DNA of 63,704 nucleotides, counting the filler, from Octopus bimaculoides (lineage: Eukaryota), in assembly GCF_001194135.2 (NCBI RefSeq). It is 6 parts of 6 records of this genome, joined end to end, with 100 filler letters (N's around TTAATTAATTAA, not from the genome) between each part and the next. Parts side by side here need not be neighbours in the genome. Positions count along the whole stretch, not along the records: positions 1 to 16,237 come from NC_069002.1; 5 more parts are not named here. The stretch is one strand, 5' to 3'. How positions within the stretch are numbered: the first letter of the stretch is position 1; the number at the start of each line of letters is the position of its first letter. This document shows, piece after piece, positions 1-13,912 of this stretch. The position numbers and the translations under genes were made by a program. The notes beneath the pieces are model-generated. The model was not told the DNA's origin and did no database searches. It worked only from the letters and a program-made list of their open reading frames with translations.

Positions 1-63
<63 letters not shown>

Positions 64-120
64 CTGTGTGTGTGTGTGTGTGTGCGTGTGTGTGTGTGTG
101 TACGTGTGTTTGTGTGTTCG
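1..120. repeat. (TA)n followed by (TG)n microsatellite
   Basis: Directly visible dinucleotide runs. Confidence 0.95.
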
Positions 121-578
121 TATATGCACAGATGGAGAGAGGCAGAAAGAAAGAGAGATTCATCAACAAATATATAACTGTATGTATCTATATATCTCTG
201 ACCTCAGAACAATGCGCTAATCATAAAGCTGGAGTACAAATATGCATCTTTGGAATGTATTTTAATAATATATTTTTAAATAGATTTTTAGACTGTAAAT
301 TAATTCATAATTACAATCCTTTATTTGCTGACATAATCTCAATTAGCAACGTAACAACTAGCTTCAAGATATTTTATCTCGTCAGAAATGGTGTACTCAG
401 TAACATAACGTGGATTATATATAACAATTACCCGCTTGAATCGGCGGCCATACTGCGCAGAATGAAACAAGCGAAATTAATTATGTTTTTTTTCTTCTTG
501 ATGGAACGCGCGGAATTAATTTCATTTAATGGAATTCTACTTCTCTGTTCCATACATACCTACATACTTACACACATA

Positions 579-614
<36 letters not shown>

Positions 615-732
615 NNNNNNNNNNNNNNNNNNNNNNNNNNNNNNNNNNNNNNNNNNNNNNNNNNNNNNNNNNNNNNNNNNNNNNNNNNNNNNNNNNNNNN
701 NNNNNNNNNNNNNNNNNNNNNNNNNNNNNNNN

Positions 733-769
<37 letters not shown>

Positions 770-1404
770 GCGTGTGTGTGTGTGGGTGTGTGTATATGTA
801 TATAGACGCACGTACACACACATATGCATGTGTGCATATACATTATGAAACGCCTAAGTAAAATAGACATAGAAGCACTTTAACCCAAATGCGCAAGCGA
901 ATATATTGATTATATGTCATTTTATTGCAGGCTATTTTTCAAGAGAACGCCAGCTGCCCCAACATATCTTTAAGGTAGTATCGTTCCATACGGCATTATG
1001 TCGTTAAAACAATATGCAATTGTACCTGTAAGCATTCTATAGATGTGATAATGTAGTAGAAATCTCAGTTATTGCCCCCTTTTTTGCGTTTTAACACAAT
1101 ATATATTGCCAGACAATTACTGAATGCAAATACAGCCTGTCTGATAAAGTTATTTGGGAGAAAATAGAAACATTACTGAGTTCTCTACTCTGCAGGCATA
1201 AAAGGGTGTCTTTTTCTGTCGAAATCAATAGTGGAATAAATATAATTACCGACAACTACTATACAATTTTCATCTTGTCGACATACAATATTAATTAATA
1301 CCTACACCTACAATTATGGCTGCACCTCGCTTTGTTAATGGATAAATATAAAATTGGTAATTTGGAAAAGTCATGTAACCGAAGAGGCGATAGGCAATAT
1401 TGAT

Positions 1405-1575
1405 GACTGTTTTGCCAATTATGGAGCGGTACGGTTCCCAACCCAAATTTTATGGGTTCAGTCCCACAGCGTCGCAACTTGGGTAAATGTCTTCCTCTAT
1501 AACGTAGAGACGACAAAATAGCTGTTGGTTGATTTGGTAGACGAAAACTGAAGGAAGCCTATCGTTTATGTATAT
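1405..1575 (+). mobile_element. tRNA-derived SINE family B, degenerate 5' half
   Basis: B-box-like GGGTTCAGTCCC and GATTTGGTAGACG-AAACTGAAGGAAGCC shared with the full copies at 1628 and 39180. Confidence 0.7.
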
Positions 1576-1627
1576 AAGAATAAAAAGAATTAAAGAATAA
1601 CAAAATATGTATATAATCTTATTTTTA

Positions 1628-2015
1628 TTTTACATCTTTCAGCCATTTGACTGTGGTCATGTTGGAGCAGCAATTATCAGGAGAAGAAATTGACCACTCG
1701 ACTTAGCCTTTGTAAGCCTGGTACTTATTCCAAATTAGCGGTTTTTGACGAACCGCTAATTTACGTGGACGTAAGCACACCAACACTGGTTTCAAGCGAC
1801 GCTGATGTGATACATAGACACAACGTTTCACGCACACACACATGCATGTATATATATGTCCGATAAGCTTATTTCAGTTTCCGTCTGCGAAATCTACGTA
1901 CAGGACATTGGTTGGCCCGAGGCTATAGGGAACGAAAATTGCCTAACGTGCAATGTAGTGGGACTGAACCTGGAACCATGTTGGGAAGCAATCTTCTTAC
2001 CACTCAGCCACGCCT
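1628..2015 (-). mobile_element. SINE family B, full length (~390 bp)
   Basis: Minus strand begins GGCGTGGCTGAGTGGTAAG (A box), GGTTCAGTCCC (B box), internal CA/TA tract, and ends ...CCACAGTCAAATGGCTGAAAG; many similar copies in window. Confidence 0.85.
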
Positions 2016-2937
2016 ATATTTGTGTGTATATTATATATATGCATATGTATGTCTCTGTGTGTGTAGGGTGTCAATATATACACATACAAATTAATTTTCA
2101 CACGCAGATACACACAACAGATGCACACACATACACACACACGTAGGCGTGAAAACATAAATGCTTATAGAATCAGAGAGAAAAAAAGAGAGACAGAAAG
2201 AGAGATGGAGGGAGAATGATTGAAAGGCAGAGGTAAGCAGCAGTTGACCTTTGAATTTTGCATTTTAAAAGGTCGATATTTAACAGCTACATGCACTTTG
2301 AAACACACGAGCTGGTGTACGTCTGTGTGTGTGTGTGTGTGTGTGATCTTGTGTCTGTATTTTATTGTTTAATGCATCAACGTACATATATGTACCCGTG
2401 CGTATGTGTGTGAGTGTGTGTGGTGTGTGGAGGGTTTTGTGTGTATATATCGAACAAGAACGAATGCAATTTGATTTGATGTGTAACTACTGTTCCCTAT
2501 ATATTTAAAGATTTAAATTGAAACAATAATACGTTCCCGACACAAACTTACTTAACAAATAATGTAGAAGTCACATGTAATGATCAACAAGTTTTATATT
2601 TGAATTCTGAATAGAAAACGATAAAAAAGAATTAGAAAAATAATCGATGAAGACATTCCTGAATTTTCTTGTAGTGCCTACTTTAAATGGGTCAGAAAAA
2701 TAATCCGAACTAGTAACCTATAATTTCTTAATTGTTGGTTAAGTTTTTTGTTTGCTAGGTTTTCTTTGCGTGCGTTTCAAATCATTTTTCTAATTTTTTT
2801 ATTCAATTTGCTTCTTCAATGTAGGATAGGATTTAGAAAATAATTATTGCCGATCTTTTATTTCTGTATTTTTGTCGTTGCTATTATTATGTTTTCTTTG
2901 TTTTTAATTTAGTCCGAGGTTAGTTGTGTCTTTTTTG

Positions 2938-3001
<64 letters not shown>

Positions 3002-3575
3002 TTTGGCATGTTAAAAAAAAAGATGACATTTACGTGCATCACTATACGAAGTCTCGCAGTCTCATATAAGTAAAACCGTCCGTTTACCACTGCACACATG
3101 GATGTTAATATCCACATAGATATAGGAAAAATATGCAGACATGTACATATGTGCATGTGTTCCTCAAGAGCCACGGCAAATTAACAAAGAAGTGATCAAC
3201 ACTGATTAGAAATAGGAGGAACTAAAGAAATAAGAAAATGAAACACACACGAAACATACAGGCTAACACATACAAACAAATATATATATATATAATTACA
3301 TATATACCTACATCTCTAAAAAGTCATTTGTGTGTGTGTGTGTGTGCGTGCGTGTGTGTGAAACAATCCAAATAAAGATGTAATGAAATGTAAAAATAAC
3401 ACAAATTATATGCTTATGCTCACCTTTCACGTTAGTGTTTGTCTTTTCTGAAATTTCTTCATGTGTTTATTTTTTTCTATCTGATTGTATTCACGAAGTA
3501 CTTATTCTGGAACCAAACCTCAAATTCATTTGCGGTTCATAGAAAGCTGATANNNNNNNNNNNNNNNNNNNNNNN

Positions 3576-3621
<46 letters not shown>

Positions 3622-3859
3622 TTTCATATTATTTCGCAAACGCGCAATTAGTTTAAAAGCAAATGATAATTTCAACTGGTTAATTAAATAATGTTGCACG
3701 GAATAAAACAAATATATCCAGAGTATTACATGAAAAACACAAAAAAAACTGTAGTAATAGCAGTGACAAGGAGCGAGAAAGAACATTGCACACAACCTAT
3801 TTACTTGTTCAAACTGGAGAATAATGCTCAGTTGGTATGTATATACAGTTATGCGTATC

Positions 3860-3915
3860 TGTCTATCTGTCTATCTATCTATCTATCTATCTATCAATCG
3901 TTCTCCCCTCCCCTC

Positions 3916-3952
<37 letters not shown>

Positions 3953-3955
3953 ATA

Positions 3956-4017
<62 letters not shown>

Positions 4018-4030
4018 CTCAAACACACAC
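3860..4030. repeat. Compound (ATCT)n/(CT)n microsatellite
   Basis: Visible. Confidence 0.95.
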
Positions 4031-4074
4031 ATACCCAAATATATTGCTAAACATTTTAACCACGTGCTTATCAT

Positions 4075-4170
4075 GCTACTAACTGTTTCCCGTACATGTT
4101 TACGTTCATCAGGCGTCAATAGCGGTTGACACCTGATAAATGTACGCATGTACGGGAAACTATTAGTAGC
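4075..4170. repeat. Foldback inverted repeat, 45-bp arms, 6-nt loop
   Basis: 4075-4119 vs reverse complement of 4126-4170: 38/45 identical. Confidence 0.9.
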
Positions 4171-4277
4171 GCAATAGGCGCATGTATTTGAAACATTTAC
4201 TAATATTGAACTGTCATTAGAGGGAGTGATCCTCCTACTGACTTTTACGCAGTTAATTTCTTATATATATATAATTT

Positions 4278-4315
<38 letters not shown>

Positions 4316-4685
4316 TCTTTTACTTGTTTCAGTCATATGAATATATATGTGTATATATGAACGAACATACATAAATGTCTGCATCTGTATAATTAATGTG
4401 TGTGTCTAAGTATACTGCCAGAAAATAAATGTGCAGAGACCATGTAACAATTAAATATTGAAAACAAATAATAAACGGGAAATAAAATTTAAATTGCAAT
4501 TAGAATCATTATTTCACAGATCATTAATGATAAGTAATTTTTGTGCGCATATATTCTGCCTGCAGACCAATTGGTTCCACGGTTTAAAGACATATAGCAT
4601 GGCGATTTAGCAATGAGAACAGCGGTGAATTCAACACAAAATATTGATAGTAATAATAATAATAATTGTAATACTGATAATTTCT

Positions 4686-4892
4686 GGTAAAGGCACAAGG
4701 ACTGAACGTTTGTGCGACGGGCCTAGTCGATTAGATCAGCAGCAGTGGAAAACTGTTATTTATTTCATCGATTCCGAAAGTAAGAATGGCAAAGTCAGCC
4801 TCTGCGGAATTTGAACTCAGAACGTAAAGACGGATGAAATGCTGGTCACAATTTTGCCCGATGTGCTAACGAATCTGCTAGCTCATTACCTT
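4686..4892 (-). mobile_element. tRNA-derived SINE family A
   Basis: Reverse complement of AAGG..GAGCTAGCAGA...GAGTTCAAATTCCGC..GACTTTGCC.TT core. Confidence 0.8.
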
Positions 4893-5146
4893 GATAATGT
4901 AATTAATGAAAATGTTGTTATGTCAACAAAGGTAGGAAAGCTTTGAGAAATGTAGAACAAGAGAAATATATATAAGGCGAATGAGAATTTACATACACGT
5001 ATAAGGTATATTTGCGTATAACAATAATGTTTAACAATAAATTGTATTGCTAGAGAGTTCCCTCATATGGAGGAGCATCACTGAGGGGCATCAGAGCAAC
5101 TTCAGAGATTTAAAACACATCAACGGTGGAAATATCTCATCTCACT

Positions 5147-5353
5147 TAGGCGGTGAGCTGGCAGAAACGTTTGCACGCCGGGCGAAGTTCTTGGCGGTAT
5201 TTCGTCTATCTATACGTTTTGAGTTCAAATTCCGCCGAGGTCGGCTTTGCCTTTCATCGTTTTGGAGTCGATAAATTGAGTACCAGTTGCGAAGTGAGGT
5301 CGATCTAATCGACCCAACATTTCGTGCCGTGTGCCTAGAGTAGAAATGGATAT
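5147..5353 (+). mobile_element. SINE family A (3' variant ...CCTAGAGTAGAAA)
   Basis: AGGCGGTGAGCTGGCAGAA A box, GAGTTCAAATTCC B box, GCCTTTCATCGTTTTGGAGTCGATAAA core; decayed TSD ATATCTCATCTCACT/ATATCTTACCTTGCT. Confidence 0.9.
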
Positions 5354-5694
5354 CTTACCTTGCTACCTGAGTCTATAAACAGAAATGACCAAATTAAATA
5401 ACAAACAAACAATTGCTGCCCCGTTTAATAAACTACAACAATATACACCAGGTTTGAAATAAATGTTTCTCTTTTATAATTTAGTACCGGCCTGAGAGTG
5501 AGCTGTATGTATTAGCTACAGTAATATACATTGATATAATAACGGTATATCTAAAAAAATCAGCATAATTAAATTAAGCAAAAATAAAAAAAAATTAACA
5601 TGTAGTGAAGAATGTATGCTAACTTCTACAGTTTTAATCTAATTAGATATACACATAGATATTCATATATTTCCACACATTTCCGATTTAATTA

Positions 5695-5713
5695 CCATCT
5701 ATCTATCCATCCT

Positions 5714-5776
<63 letters not shown>

Positions 5777-5800
5777 GCCTATCGATCGATCTATCAACCT
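5695..5800. repeat. (ATCT)n microsatellite
   Basis: Visible. Confidence 0.95.
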
Positions 5801-7863
5801 ACATAATTTACTACCTACTTATCTCTCTCCATATCTATATACCAATCTATCATCATTATTGCCATCCATATCATCATTATCATTATCATCAATCACATCT
5901 TCAGCAGTAACGGCAGCAGCACTAACTTTATTATTATGAAATATAGATAACATAATGTAATAATACACGACACCCAATTATCCTTATTATAACTGCAATT
6001 ATGATCTTTGTTATCAACCTAAATGTTGTCGCTGTTCTTATACCTGTGCTCGTGTAAATATTGTTACCTTATCAGTTTAAATATATTATCTCGTGTTGAA
6101 ACACATAAGAAATAATATCTTAACATTACACCGATACTATGACTGTCCACTTTGATTCTGAACTCAAGGAATACAAGATTGAAAGCTAAGGCAACGGAGA
6201 AATTTTCTACCTAGATCTTGTTCATAAAATATCTATACGGCTTAAATGCAAAAACCAAACAGACTCCCATATCCAAGTGGTTAAAATGTGGCTGTGTTGT
6301 AAAAAACTTACTTCACAACCACATGGTTTATTTTTCAGGAATACATTTGGTGTCATTCAGAGCCAAATAAACGGGGTTGTGTTTTTCAAAAAAGAGGTGA
6401 CCACCTTTCTCCACGTGATCGGCTTAAAAAATTGTTAAGTCACTTGGATATTTTCCTACTCTTCTTAACAAGAAAACAATAGTAAATCATATTCACACAC
6501 ACACACAACATTCGCCCTTATATATATCTATGTAATTTGTAACAAAAAATTATTTATATATATATATAATAAAGAGTCCGTGATTGAGCCAAAGCAATCG
6601 CTCTTACGAAAATCAGATAGGACGCTGGATATTGGTAGATGGATTATTTTAAAGAATGAAAAAACTCTCGCAGAGAGATTGGTCGCAGAATAGGGATACT
6701 TTAAATCAAAGATTGAAATTTCATTGTATTACTTTTAATTCATTAGTTACGTTCGTCTGAAGACGACAAAGAGTATACAGTTCACGAATATGCAGATAAA
6801 CAGAAATACTCTTATAATATTATAATAATACTATAAGTTGCTTTCAATTAATATTAATATACATGAACTGTATAATCCTGACAGTGCTGAAACGAACGTA
6901 ACTAAAGAATGAAATGTAATGCCATGCATTCCAATATTTCATTTAACACAGATATATATATATATATATATATATATANNNNNNNNNNNNNNNNNNNNNN
7001 NNNNNNNNNNNNNNNNNNNNNNNNNNNNNNNNNNNNNNNNNNNNNNNNNNNNNNNNNNNNNNNNNNNNNNNNNNNNNNNNNNNNNNNNNNNNNNNNNNNN
7101 NNNNNNNNNNNNNNNNNNNNNNNNNNNNNNNNNNNNNNNNNNNNNNNNNNNNNNNNNNNNNNNNNNNNNNNNNNNNNNNNNNNNNNNNNNNNNNNNNNNN
7201 NNNNNNNNNNNNNNNNNNNNNNNNNNNNNNNNNNNNNNNNNNNNNNNNNNNNNNNNNNNNNNNNNNNNNNNNNNNNNNNNNNNNNNNNNNNNNNNNNNNN
7301 NNNNNNNNNNNNNNNNNNNNNNNNNNNNNNNNNNNNNNNNNNNNNNNNNNNNNNNNNNNNNNNNNNNNNNNNNNNNNNNNNNNNNNNNNNNNNNNNNNNN
7401 NNNNNNNNNNNNNNNNNNNNNNNNNNNNNNNNNNNACGTGATATCTATTAATTACAAATTATAAGCCTTGAGAAATAATTTTACAACAGTTTACCTGTAT
7501 AAAGTGAAGCGATAAATTCTTATGAGCAGAAATTAATTAAGCTGATGAAATCATTCCAAAGAAAATGACCCATAAATGTAATTAATAAATTCTGCTGCTT
7601 CGCTTTTGATTGCTTTCTAATTAATAATATTTCAAATTGGTTTAGAATAGCTATCATTGAATTATGAGAAATTCTGATGTATCGCAATGATTAACAAATC
7701 ATAGACTTGGAGTAGTTGGATATGGAAGAGCTAGATATGGTTTGCTTCGTAACCTGTACAAAGCGAGATCTATATGTTACGACGTTAGAGATCAGCTACT
7801 GTAGGTCTAACATACTCTCTCGCTAGGAGAATATATTAACGTTTGTCTGCCTGTGTGTATGTG

Positions 7864-7898
<35 letters not shown>

Positions 7899-9784
7899 NN
7901 NNNNNNNNNNNNNNNNNNNNNNNNNNNNNNNNNNNNNNNNNNNNNNNNNNNNNNNNNNNNNNNNNNNNNNNNNNNNNNNNNNNNNNNNNNNNNNNNNNNN
8001 NNNNNNNNNNNNNNNNNNNNNNNNNNNNNNNNNNNNNNNNNNNNNNNNNNNNNNNNNNNNNNNNNNNNNNNNNNNNNNNNNNNNNNNNNNNNNNNNNNNN
8101 NNNNNNNNNNNNNNNNNNNNNNNNNNNNNNNNNNNNNNNNNNNNNNNNNNNNNNNNNNNNNNNNNNNNNNNNNNNNNNNNNNNNNNNNNNNNNNNNNNNN
8201 NNNNNNNNNNNNNNNNNNNNNNNNNNNNNNNNNNNNNNNNNNNNNNNNNNNNNNNNNNNNNNNNNNNNNNNNNNNNNNNNNNNNNNNNNNNNNNNNNNNN
8301 NNNNNNNNNNNNNNNNNNNNNNNNNNNNNNNNNNNNNNNNNNNNNNNNNNNNNNNNNNNNNNNNNNNNNNNNNNNNNNNNNNNNNNNNNNNNNNNNNNNN
8401 NNNNNNNNNNNNNNNNNNNNNNNNNNNNNNNNNNNNNNNNNNNNNNNNNNNNNNNNNNNNNNNNNNNNNNNNNNNNNNNNNNNNNNNNNNNNNNNNNNNN
8501 NNNNNNNNNNNNNNNNNNNNNNNNNNNNNNNNNNNNNNNNNNNNNNNNNNNNNNNNNNNNNNNNNNNNNNNNNNNNNNNNNNNNNNNNNNNNNNNNNNNN
8601 NNNNNNNNNNNNNNNNNNNNNNNNNNNNNNNNNNNNNNNNNNNNNNNNNNNNNNNNNNNNNNNNNNNNNNNNNNNNNNNNNNNNNNNNNNNNNNNNNNNN
8701 NNNNNNNNNNNNNNNNNNNNNNNNNNNNNNNNNNNNNNNNNNNNNNNNNNNNNNNNNNNNNNNNNNNNNNNNNNNNNNNNNNNNNNNNNNNNNNNNNNNN
8801 NNNNNNNNNNNNNNNNNNNNNNNNNNNNNNNNNNNNNTATATATATATATATATATATATATATAGCAATATTATGAAACAGGTGTAAACGAATAGAATA
8901 ACTATCTATTTTCTCACCTCACTTCTGTTATCTGCTCTATTCTTATATTAGCTCTTAACCATTGTAACTAGAAAAGAGAAGTAGAGATCTCTGCGAACAT
9001 ATACAACGTAAATATGAGAAAATATGGAAGAAGATAATGTACGTAGACGAATGAAGCAAAGATAGGAGGGTTGCAGTTGGTTCGACCTCTAAAAGTAAAT
9101 GCCGATGCACATTTAAATATCAAGCGTATGTTTAATACTTTACAAAAGGAAGAATACGGTATGAGCTACCATAAGTTTGAATTATCCTAAGAAACAAGCA
9201 TATAAACTCTTCAAAGAGCTCAGAAATGTGTCATTTTGACAAGATTTGGGAATGTCATAAAATTTGTTAACAGATACGTGAAGAAGAAATATAAGAACAA
9301 TACCTTAACGTGTCATTGAGAGAAAGCATGTGAATGGAATGGCATGAAATGAAAGGAATATCGCAATATATGCAAGAATATGTAATGAAATTGGACAATA
9401 ACACTTGAATAAAATTCTAAAGCAAACAGACACCTTTTGAGAAATAAAATATATTTTAGGCGATTGAACAAGTGATAGTCACAAATCTGTGTAACAGTAT
9501 GATACATTGAAGAAATGTATGCAGAGATTGTGTGCTATAGTGAGCATATTAAATATTGATGATGTATGGTGTTTATTGTTCTTGGGTGTTTGTTCAGCCC
9601 TGATTGAACAGATCTATGTTAACAGCTCTTCCATTCATGGACATCATTCTTCTTTATGCCAGGCACAAGATAAGTTGACAAATCAAATATTACAATTGCT
9701 TGTGATTTGTAAGGGCCATATCAAATATTGTAATAGCAAGTGTTGTAACGTGAGCGAGGGATCAATGTTGTTATTGAGAGTAAA

Positions 9785-10080
9785 GTAAACAAGACATATC
9801 AAAGGAAGAAAAGCATTCATTAAAAGCGCTAATATCATATATCGCTAAAGAGAGTGTCTTAAACTAGTACGACCAAATATATGTTGATGTTTTGTCCCCA
9901 GATGAAATCGGCTGAAACATGAAAAATAATGAAAGACTTTCTAAACCTGGCTGCCCTGTCTAGAATATCAAATACATTGTTCCTGTTTTAATATTTGATT
10001 CGGAAGTAGTGGTACCCGTTATAAAACTGCTGCGAGAGTATAAAGACGGTGCAGTGCCCTTTTCTTTCGATGTGATATAT
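9785..10080 (+). mobile_element. Highly degraded Penelope-like RT relic
   Basis: Manual translation gives three PLE-like motifs in the expected order: KQDISKEEKHSLKAL, LSKPGCPV, GAVPFSFDV; interrupted by stops, frameshifts and deletions. Confidence 0.5.
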
Positions 10081-10244
10081 TGATCCGTTTAATAGTTTAA
10101 TCCCCAGCATCACATTGGCAACTGGGCATATGGTAGAGCAGTCCAGGGTATTATATTAAAGATTCCAATCTGTTATTTGAACACGGATACCGAACAATGA
10201 ATCAGCCATAGAATCCATTTGGTAGATATATACGTATTAAATAT

Positions 10245-10458
10245 GAGTTTCAAATTTTGGCACAAGGCCATCGATTTGAGGAAGGTGTTAAGTTGATTAC
10301 ATCGATCGCAATGATCAACTAGTACTTATTTTATCGACACCGAAGGATCAAGGGCAAAGTTGATCGGGGTAAATTTTAAACTCAGAACGTAAAGACAAAC
10401 GAAATACTGCTAAGCATTTTGCCCGGAGTCCTGACGGTTCCGCCAGCTCGTTACCTTA
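10245..10458 (-). mobile_element. SINE family A (3' variant ...GTGCCAAAATTTGAAA)
   Basis: Reverse-strand match to family A; decayed TSD ACGTATTAAATA/ACGTATCAAGTA. Confidence 0.85.
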
Positions 10459-11721
10459 GACGTATCAAGTACTGGATCACCCAGTGTATTACAGTAGTTA
10501 AACGACCAAGTAGCGGAGCAACCACTCTTTACAATTTACATAAGAAACCTTTGTACAATATGATTGTTATGAAAAACAGATGAAGGAAATATCAATTATT
10601 TGAACAGCCAGAATCTTACCATCGACATATCAAATTTTGAAACAGCAGGCATCTTGCAATAGATATATCATGTAACGAGTGAATATTTCTCTCAACGATA
10701 TACCACCTGTTATAATAGCTATGGACATACAATAGACGTATAAAATATTGTAGCTGCCAATGGTAATAGCCAGTCTCTTATAATGTACATTACAACTAAT
10801 GTAACCTTGGCACTTGCAATGGGCACCTGAAATATTGGAACAACTTGTATATCACGATGAGCATTGCAATCATTTGCACAACCAGCACCTTACAGACGAC
10901 ACACCAGGTATTGGGATTACCAGTATTTTAGGATATGTTTCAAAGCACGTGGCATAGTTTGAATTTTCGTTCAGTCTTAAAATTTGGACACTGAGGCAAA
11001 AAAACGAGTTTTACAGAAAAACATGTTTGGCTGTGTGTTATACATCTGAGAAAAGGAAAAGAAACAGGAATATCAATACAGACTATAATTTCTTAGATTT
11101 GAGGAAGCAGGTATGTGTGATTAAATTGACTAAAGTGTCTTCGCACCACGTTCATTCAACTTACGTTTCATTCCGAAAATCGTTGAAGTTATACATTTGT
11201 GTTTTTTTTCCACCAACCAGACATTCTTGACATCGACACGTCTTATAGGAGAACACGTAAGTTTATAATCAACTGGTAGAAGTTGGTTTTGATTGAATTC
11301 GATAAACAATCGATTTTTTCTAGCCCAAATAACCACACCGACTCACATTCATACACACCACTTCATCAGTCTGCCCACTTACACACGTTGCTACCTACAC
11401 ACATGTTTGTCTCACTTATCTTACAAGCACGATGCCTTCCTCTCAATACGCTCTTGTTAACCCTCAACAGAAACACCTATAAACAAAACTTAATGAAACG
11501 GGCTCAATATCTCGTTTTCTCTTTCCTCCATTCTACATATCTCTCGACGACATATATTACAACAATGCACTCAGCATTCTAGACTGTCTTACACTGTCTA
11601 TACGGTTCTACTAACTACATAACCAACTCCGCTTTCGTTACATATCTAAGATGGCCAGTTATCAAAAGCAACAACCGGTGAAGCCTTCTAAAACACTGGC
11701 TGTTTCAATATTTGATACATC

Positions 11722-11935
11722 TAAGGCGGCGAACTGGCCGAATAGTTAGCATTATGAACAAATGCTTAGCGGCCGTCTATTCGTCTTTATGTTCAATTTC
11801 AGATTCCGCAACGTCGGCTTGCATTTTATCTCTTCCGGTTCAATAACGTAAGTACCAGCCGATCATCGGAGTTCATGTAATCGACTTAGCGCCTCACCCC
11901 AAACTGCTTGCTTTGTACCAAAATTTAAAATCAAT
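11722..11935 (+). mobile_element. SINE family A, old copy
   Basis: TAAGGCGGCGAACTGGCCGAA head; decayed TSD TCAATATTTGATACATCT/TCAATATCTGTTACGTCT (15/18). Confidence 0.8.
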
Positions 11936-12419
11936 ATCTGTTACGTCTATCATTGCGACCCTAGTTCTGTGTCTCGTATGAGACAATGCTAACCAATTGC
12001 AAAGCCCTGGCACTTTCGATATTGAACATATCCACTGTAATACCCTAGAATGTTCCATTACACATCATATCCACTCCATGATGGGGTCTGCACTATTATT
12101 TGAACTGTGTCATATTAGACACTGGTGGTGCGTGTTTTGCCAAAAGTACTGCCTACATCATATTCTCTCTTGAGCAGTCAAACGTTGTAAAATATCGGCT
12201 GATCAAATATTCAATATGTTTATCTCTTCCATCTTAATTTTCTCGCCTTTCCTCATCCCCATTTCCTAATTCAATATACAGCAATGATATTTTATCCAGA
12301 AAAGAAATACCACATGCGCAATGAGATCCATGTAATCAGCAAATTCCACCCCCCCTAAAATTTGCTGACCTAAGGCGAAACTCGAAAATAGTTGTTATTA
12401 GTGTTATTACTATTGTTAT

Positions 12420-12635
12420 TAGGCGGCGGCTTGGCAGAATCTTAGCACGGCGGGAAAATTCTTAACGGCATTTTACGCATCTTCGCTTTTTGAGTTCAAA
12501 TTCCACCGAGGTCGACTTTGCCTTTCATCCTTTTGAAGGTTGATAAAATAAGCACCAGTTACGCACTGCGATCGATATAATCAACTTATGCTTTCCCCCA
12601 ACATTGCTGATCCTGTGCCAACATTTAAAACCCTT
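12420..12635 (+). mobile_element. SINE family A
   Basis: Head, GAGTTCAAATTCC, GTCGACTTTGCCTTTCATCC core; flanked by ATT-rich runs. Confidence 0.9.
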
Positions 12636-12654
12636 ATTACAATTATTATTCATT

Positions 12655-12702
12655 TTGATTGTTTGACGAAGAGATAAATTCTTTATTTTTGAAACGTACA
12701 TC
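12655..12702 (+). ncRNA. Degenerate minimal hammerhead-like motif
   Basis: TTGACGA-AGAGATAAA-TTC-TTTATTTTT-GAAA-CGT-A; C3 mutated, stem I not cleanly paired. Confidence 0.3.
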
Positions 12703-13299
12703 TTACTTACATCAGGAATCTACTGCTACAGCAGTTGGTATTCTCCTTCAACAGTTGACAAAGGAGTATTTAAGCATCGTGGGTTATGGAATTCAGAAAA
12801 AACTTCCACACTATAAGATATTAATGTAAAAGCTTCAGATTGCATTTTTGTAGTCAGTATTCCAACACGCTTCACAACAGTTACGTCTCATATATAGCGA
12901 GGATACTGAACAGTACCTGGCTTAAGGTAAAACAAAATACAGGGGGATCAGTTAATTAGGATTTTATCCAACATATTCCCTTCTCAGATTCACAGACTTA
13001 TCGTTGCGATGCTTCAGTTTTTCTAAACCTTATAAAAGAACTGGGAAGTTCGGACCTCGAACCAGGCATTTCGCAACAGCCTTAAAGCTAGTAACTTCTC
13101 AGCACCCACTCGTACATCAGGAATTGAATTCCCACCGCATTCGGTATTCCTCTAGAACGGTGAACAATAGAGTATTTAAATATGGTGGTTTTATGGAATA
13201 GAGAAAACCTTTCACGTTTTAAAATACTAGTATTAAGGTTTGAGATTGCATTCTTCTAATCATTATTCCAACACGATTATCATCAGTTATTATGTCTCC

Positions 13300-13480
13300 T
13301 ATAGGAATTTCAACCATGTTTCGTGGTCTGCTACCACAACAGCTCCTTTATAGGATCCAGTTAGCTCAAGACATCATTAGGAGGAACCACGTCCGGTTTC
13401 GGCCCCTACTCCTCTACCGTTTTGACGTGGCGGGGCCCCTCCTTTCGGAGGTGTCTTCAGCTCTGGTGTTGGGTGCATGT
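13300..13480 (-). mobile_element. Probable RTE-clade LINE 3' end relic
   Basis: Minus-strand translation R*RSRGRNRTW...AVVVADHETWLKFL* resembles the RTE C-terminal RPRGRP..W / A.DR..W motifs. Confidence 0.35.
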
Positions 13481-13912
13481 CTTCTTTCTTCTATTCCCTG
13501 GCCTCTTCGATGCAGCATCAACGAGTGTCAGCGTCCGACTGATCGTCATGTCAAGTTCCCCTTTATTATTTCTAAATGAAAGAAGCGACACAACCCACAA
13601 TTCTATGCGCTAATTTATCAATTCCCTTGCCATTTAGACATATCACTCGCCAAATTATCAATGAAGCCATCATTATATCAGTCTTGCTGTAACTATAACA
13701 ATCCATTCACCATTCCATCATTCTAAATGACTGCTATTTTCCAATTGCCAATCCCTAACTCTACCTGGAATTTGATGTAATTTCATCCTCTATTTCATTA
13801 TGTTATTGTCTATTCTCTAATGCCCTTCAGCATTATATTTCATTATAAAAATCGGGATGAATTTTAAAATCTTCGTTATGCATTTTATTTTGAGAACTAT
13901 TCTGATTACGAT

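Noticed and set aside
931-974. Micro-exon candidate ttgcag|GCTATT...TTTAAG|gtagta
   Set aside because: Plausible splice sites, but 44 nt, no recognisable peptide and no supportable partner exon
13700-13800. L2-like TWNLDVIF..SISF motif
   Set aside because: Single short motif needing frameshifts
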